This document shows positions 58,301-64,000 of a DNA stretch of 64,000 bases, piece by piece. The stretch lies in contig NIVC01000004.1 in NCBI GenBank assembly GCA_002269645.1, positions 434,001 through 498,000 on the forward strand, written 5' to 3'. Origin of the DNA: Macrostomum lignano (lineage: Eukaryota). Made by a program: the position numbers and the translations under genes. The notes beneath the pieces were generated by a model. The model saw nothing but the letters and a program-made list of their open reading frames with translations. It ran no database searches and was not told the DNA's origin. Position 1 is the first letter of the stretch. Each line of letters starts with the position of its first letter.

Positions 58301-59595
58301 TTCCAGTCTCGATAGACTCTTCTATGACTATGATTCCAGTCTCGATAGACTCTTCTATGACTATGATTCCAGTCTCGATAGACTCTTCTATGACTAAGAT
58401 TTCAGTCTCGATAGACTCTTCTATGACTAAGATTCCAGTCTCGATAGACTCTTCTATGACTATGATTTCAGTCTCGATAGACTCTTCTATGACTATGATT
58501 TCAGTCTCGATAGACTCTTCTATGACTAAGATTCCAGTCTCGATAGACTCTTCTATGACTATGATTCCAGTCTCGATAGACTCTTCTATGATGATTCCAG
58601 TCTCGATAGACTCTTCTATGACTATGATTCCAGTCTCGATAGACTCTTCTATGACTATGATTCCAGTCTCGATAGACTCTTCTATGACTAAGATTCCAGT
58701 CTCGATAGACTCTTCTATGACTAAGATTCAGTCTCGATAGACTCTTCTATGACTAAGATTCCAGTCTCGATAGACTCTTCTATGACTATGATTCCAGTCT
58801 CGATAGACTCTTCTATGATGATTCCAGTCTCGATAGACTCTTCTATGACTAAGATTCCAGTCTCGATAGACTCTTCTATGACTAAGATTCCAGTCTCGAT
58901 AGACTCTTCTATGACTAAGATTCCAGTCTCGATAGACTCTTCTATGACTATGATTCCAGTCTCGATAGACTCTTCTATGATGATTCCAGTCTCGATAGAC
59001 TCTTCTATGACTAAGATTCCAGTCTCGATAGACTCTTCTATGACTATGATTTCAGTCTCGATAGACTCTTCTATGACTAAGATTCCAGTCTCGATAGACT
59101 CTTCTATGACTATGATTCCAGTCTCGATAGACTCTTCTATGACTATGATTCCAGTCTCGATAGACTCTTCTATGATGATTCCAGTCTCGATAGACTCTTC
59201 TATGACTATGATTCCAGTCTCGATAGACTCTTCTATGACTATGATTCCAGTCTCGATAGACTCTTCTATGACTAAGATTTCAGTCTCGATAGACTCTTCT
59301 ATGACTAAGATTCCAGTCTCGATAGACTCTTCTATGACTATGATTCCAGTCTCGATAGACTCTTCTATGATGATTCCAGTCTCGATAGACTCTTCTATGA
59401 CTATGATTTCAGTCTCGATAGACTCTTCTATGACTAAGATTCCAGTCTCGATAGACTCTTCTATGACTATGATTTCAGTCTCGATAGACTCTTCTATGAC
59501 TAAGATTCCAGTCTCGATAGACTCTTCTATGACTATGATTTCAGTCTCGATAGACTCTTCTATGACTAAGATTCCAGTCTCGATAGACTCTTCTA
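55383..59595. repeat. 4.2-kb 30-bp (27-bp variant) satellite GATTCCAGTCTCGATAGACTCTTCTATGACTAA, ~140 copies
   Basis: Direct reading. Confidence 0.97.
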
Positions 59596-60725
59596 GATCG
59601 TCAGCATCAAAGGCGAAGTCCCTAATGCTCAATTGAAGCGAGTGATGACCGCACTTTATATTTTATCCCGCAGCCGCGACTCGCTCATTCTTGCTCTTTT
59701 AGGTCGCGGCTTGTTAAAAACACTCAAGTCAAGCACATAGACATGACAATGCATGCATAACACAAACTTAATACATGTAATGAAAATTTACGCACGCCTT
59801 GTACGCAAAAATTATTGTAGGGCATATAAAACAGGGAGCAGATACTGAGTAAGCGAGTGTGTTGCATATCAGGAGACGCCTGATAGCTCGTACGCAAATA
59901 TCTTTTAAGGTATTGCGCGCAGGCAATGTACTCTTGAACCATTTGCTGAAAATTGATGGTCGAGAATTGATAACCTGTGACCATCAATGCTGTTTCGAGT
60001 CACACCGCTTAATTTCTCCCCATTTCCATTTTCGCAGTTTTTAAGCTTGTCAGTTAGGAAAAGCAGGAAAAATGAAAAAGGGAATTTCCTACCTGCTGAG
60101 GCCCCGGCTCAGTCGAAATGGACGGGGGGGGCAAAATTAATTTCAGGTTACAGACAGGTGCAACGTGGTTTAAGTGCCAACTGCCGATTGCACAACAAAC
60201 TCTGTTGAGAACAGTTCACTACGAAATTAGTAATTTTTTTCAGTAAAGGACTGAAGGTGGCAGTATTACAAGGGGAGGAACACATGAAGCAGTTTAACCA
60301 ACAGACATGACAACACTAAAAGCGAGATTGATGGTCGACATCGAGTGAAGATGAATATCGTGATAGAGTTAAGGAGTATGAGTCAATGATGTGTTTTGCC
60401 AGGACGTTGCTTCGGAAAAAGTACACTACAGTAATAATAATACGCGTGCTCTATGCGTAACATTGTGGTGCATTTGACGCGGGAAAAATTCCGATAAAAT
60501 ACGAATTCGCGAGACAGAGGGTCCGTCTCAACTTTCACATTGAATCCATGATACGAGTAGTCAAGCCCCTCAAGCAGCGAACCAGGTGGTCGATGAGGAG
60601 TGGATTTTGGTCGCAATGTTCTTATTAATTAGTTGTCTTTAAAAAATTCAGCTCAAAAGTTTGCTTCCTTTACTTCGAGTACATCAGAGCAAAATGGCGA
60701 ACAAGATGAAGAATGGCTCAACAGG

Positions 60726-62703
60726 CTAGGCCTCCGGGTCTTCTGCATCGGCCGGAGACGCTGCAGCAGCTCTGCTGGCGGACTCGAGCGCGTTCAGCGG
60801 GATCGCCTCGCCGCCGTCTCCCGACTTCTCGCCAGCTGAGCCGCCGGCTCCGGCTCTGCTCCCGGCGCCGGCCCCGCCACCGGCGCCACTGCTGGCGCCA
60901 ACCCGGGCGCGAAATTTGGGGCCAGCCCTGGCCAGCCGGTTGAGGCACAGCAGGCGGTGGAACTCCCTCTGGAAATTCTCGTTAAACCAGCCGTAGAAGA
61001 CGGGGTTGAGGCAGGCCGACACCAGGACCAGGAGCAGCGGGATGCTCTGCGACACCGCAATGACCAGGGTGCTGTCATTCAAATTCGAGCCGGCGTTCTC
61101 AAGGCCAAACGGATCGTCACGATCGGAGCTCCTGGCCACCTGGTTGCGTTCCTTGATCTTGTCGAAAATTAAAAACGCATAAAAACTGTTAGACTTTAGA
61201 CTGCGGGGAATTGAGTGACAGGATATTATTAACAGAAAAAGTGGAAGGACGCTTCGCTCGCAGATCGTGCATTGAAGGCTGGTGTCCACTGCAAAATGTA
61301 TTAACCTGATAGGAAGCTTTCAGATTTCATCACCAAATACATATTATTTTAGTCTGGCAACTCCGCTTTCTCTAAAACTACACGTAAAGATGTTTCCTCA
61401 AACAATACAAGAAGGGTTTTACCCAAGACAGAACCAGCCAGGAAAAGTCTGCTTGGAAAGAAGCGCTAAAGAGATTCGAACAGTAAAACTTTCTTGTGGA
61501 ACTTTTGCTTGTTTGTCATGTGGGGCCGTAGCCCAGCGGTCTAGCGCAGGCTTAGGTGTGCCAGCGACCCAGTCTCGATTCCAAGTGCAGTCACATTAAT
61601 TTGGGGCTGAAGTGGAATCTCGGCTTGGCTCTGCTCGTGCAATTAACGGCCTTGAGAGCCAACCCCCCAAGGCGCAGTGAAGTGTACATGCCTAACGATA
61701 ATATAAAGTTAGGGCCGCTGTACACTCCTGTGTGAGTGTGTGCCTGCGTACGTATCCGCGCGCTTGTATGCCTGCTCAGTGGAGTCGGCGGAATGGGCAG
61801 TAATGCCTCTCGCCGGTTGTGTGCCTATGTCGCTTAAAGTGCGCCAGGGTGCACACAACCCCTGCCTCTAATAAAAAAAATTTGCTTGTTTGTCAGTTTC
61901 CGTTCTCACTGTAGTTTAAAAAATCACAGTCTCACAAATGCATTTTGCATCGAAACCGGCTTCTTGTCTTAGTGAACTTGATATTATTTGGTATTGTAGC
62001 CGCCCATCTACTTTAGTTGTCCATGAGTGAGTCAGCCTGGATACCATCATTTGACTGCCGATTTACTCGTAGTCTACGGTTAGGGTTTAGGTTAGAGTTG
62101 GGATTTAGGCCGGGTTTAGGTTAGGTTTAGGGTTTAGATTTAGGTTAGGGTTAAGGTCAGCAGTCGATTTGTGGTTGTCAATTGTCGCAGAACCGAGTCA
62201 GCCAAGATCAAGGGTCTTCTACTCACTTTCAGGACGCGAACGTCGTGCACAATGTTGATGATGGTCAGGGGCAGCCAGGACAGGCTGAACACCACCGCGA
62301 TGGTGACCAGCAGCAGGTTGGCCCGGCGCTGCCGCACGGCCTCGGCGGCTTCTCGGTTGGCCTGGTAGGCGGACCGGTGGTCGCCCCGCTGCTTCAGGCT
62401 GCGCATCCGGTGCTGCAGGCGGACGCAGATTCTGGCATAGGCAGCCACCACAATGCCCAGAGGTACCAGGTACTGCACCACCATCACACCGCTGCCGTAA
62501 GCTAGCTTAGCATATCGGATGAAAATTCGCGAAGTTGTCTCGCTGCAGATGTTCAGCGGCTTTTGATTTTGCAGCCGGTTCTGCTCGATGGTGGCGAACA
62601 GAAACAGCGGGCTGGCCATCATGCCAGCGGCGCCCCAGATGGCCAGCAGGCACAGAGCCATGGTGCGCCGCTCCATCCTGGTGCGAGTTGGGTACACGAT
62701 CAC
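60726..62703 (-). CDS. NPFR: Neuropeptide F/Y receptor-like class A GPCR (TM4-TM7 and C-tail; 5' exons off right edge)
   Basis: Exon 62227-62703 (VIVYPTR, ASPLF, VQYLVPLGIV, RANLLLVTIAVVFSLSWLPL) and exon 60726-61157 (SACLNPVFYGWFNENF); these parallel Drosophila NPFR (RYQ|VIVYPTR, SACSNPLLYGWLNDNF). Confidence 0.85.
61519..61880 (+). mobile_element. tRNA-derived SINE, ~360 bp, in the receptor intron
   Basis: Head GGGGCCGTAGCCCAGCGGTC (A box) and GTCTCGATTCC (B-box-like); tail TAATAAAAAAAA; exact 15-bp TSD TTTGCTTGTTTGTCA at 61504-61518 and 61881-61895. Confidence 0.88.
62079..62157. repeat. Short degenerate (T)TAGGG-like repeat
   Basis: GGTTAGGGTTTAGGTTAG... read directly. Confidence 0.7.
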
Positions 62704-62844
62704 CTGCAGGTTAAGATGAGGCATGTAAAGTTGTGGCTGATAGAGTATGAGCTGTCGTGCTGTATAATCCAAGCTTTGGGCACCTAAATTTTCCCTTCTC
62801 TTTGTACTGTGTTCGATGCTCAGTTCTTGGATGACTTCCCTTAA

Positions 62845-64000
62845 CAGTAGAAAGACCACGCTATTTTTCCCATGGGGAAAGACCATGGGGGTGCATTACA
62901 AATACACACGACCCATTTCACGATATCTCGCAAACCGAATTACTGATTTTTGTAAAAGTCCACCATACAGATCAAAATTTTCCGCCCTTTCCGACGAACT
63001 AACTTTCAAAGTCATCCGACGTCAGAATCGTCGAGATATTCAACGATTCTTGTCTAAGACACTGGTGGCAAGGACAACTAACACTACACTGTATAAATTT
63101 TTACGGTATATCCATATTGGCTCAATAATCTGGGTCCATCTGTCGCAGAAGCCTTTGTTCTCAGCATCACAGACACCAGGGTCTCCTTCATCTCCGTCTG
63201 GAGCATCGGCGGTGACCGTCGGGACCTTCAACAAAAGCACCCGATCGGCATCTCAGAGGCGGCTGCCTTCCCAAAACTGAAATGGAATAATCCTCTTCTG
63301 CATGCAGCATTCAGTCAGTAGACACAATCGGTGAATGAAATGGACGATGGCGACTCTCTAGGCTGACCTGTAGACATACAGGCGACCTTCAGGACCTTCA
63401 ACGGGGTGCCACCACGCGGCCCCGACGAGCTGGCACCCCCCACATTGTGATTTTTCTATCTAGACACCAAACCAGGCATGTCTGCATATTATACAATGGT
63501 CCAGCACCATGTTAAATTCGAAACTGCCGAACATCGTCAGCGGACTGCCACAACGGACAAATTCTACGGCATCCGACACCTTTGTCAGCCAGCTGAGCCA
63601 TCCTGTCCTTTTCGGGCCTGCCTCTGCGTCGACGAAACTCTGGTTGTCTACTGGGGTGTGGATTGTGACTTCACGGTCTTTCTGAAGGAGAAGCCCGTCG
63701 CAATGGTGCCAAGCTGTTCCTGCTGACATCGGCTGGGAATCCAGAGATTCAGGATGACATGGACATCCGCTATGTGTTCAATGCGGAAATCTGCACTGGC
63801 AAAGGACACTGCTGTCCACTACTTTTGCATCACAGGGATTTGATGCTCGGCTGGCCAAGGGCTCCGAGGTGTGGAGTGATGAGCAAGTTGTTTGCCGCTT
63901 GGCTGATCCATTCAAAGGACACTGGTACAACATCACATGTGACAGATTCTTCTCGAGTCCTGCGCTGGTCAATAACTTGTACCGAGAAATGGGATTCTCG
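62845..64000 (+). mobile_element. Decayed piggyBac-family element (frameshifted transposase), continues off right edge
   Basis: TTAA|CAGTAGAAAGA left end (cf. piggyBac TTAA|CCCTAGAAAGA); DKFYGIRHL, LCVDETLV, KEKP, then shifted GAKLFLL..RYVFNAEICTGK, then shifted QVVCRLADPFKGHWYNITCDRFFSSPALV; at least two frameshifts. Confidence 0.82.

Noticed and set aside
55345-58740. 1131-aa ORF (MTKIPVSIDSS)n and the antisense (IEESIETG)n ORF
   Set aside because: Pure consequence of a 30/27-bp satellite lacking stops in one frame; no splice context or non-repeat domain.
63040-63240. Minus ORF with hydrophobic NLYSVVLVVLATSV as NPF receptor TM1 exon
   Set aside because: Lacks the TM1 GN motif, ends in a stop, has non-host codon bias and lies inside the piggyBac.

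Overview
Eukaryotic (metazoan) genomic DNA with GC3-rich exons and minisatellite-stuffed introns; the style suggests a flatworm such as Macrostomum, but that is inference only. Genes: 5' part of a GABA-B receptor subunit 2-like class C GPCR (minus, 7 exons, runs off the left edge), an intronless RASL10-like GTPase, a complete 4-exon integrin-linked kinase (ILK), an SFT2D3-like exon, an orphan transcription-factor-like ORF with an internally duplicated ~57-aa domain, three intronless clan-2 cytochrome P450s, and the 3' part of an NPF/NPY-receptor-like GPCR. Mobile DNA: maT-like Tc1/mariner with one nonsense codon, an RNase H LINE 3' fragment, a 298-bp MITE, a CCC..GGG (CMC/EnSpm-like) element inside a satellite inside a probable Helitron, a PIF/Harbinger deletion derivative, a tRNA-derived SINE and a decayed piggyBac. 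Roughly 30% of the window is tandem repeat, and most long ORF-track entries are repeat artefacts. Best novel candidate: the MITE just downstream of ILK carries a 64-nt 28S rRNA segment spanning the R2/I-PpoI target site; it is mutated exactly at the cut site, and the change creates the first AATAAA downstream of the ILK stop. All counts were made by eye and no database searches were run.
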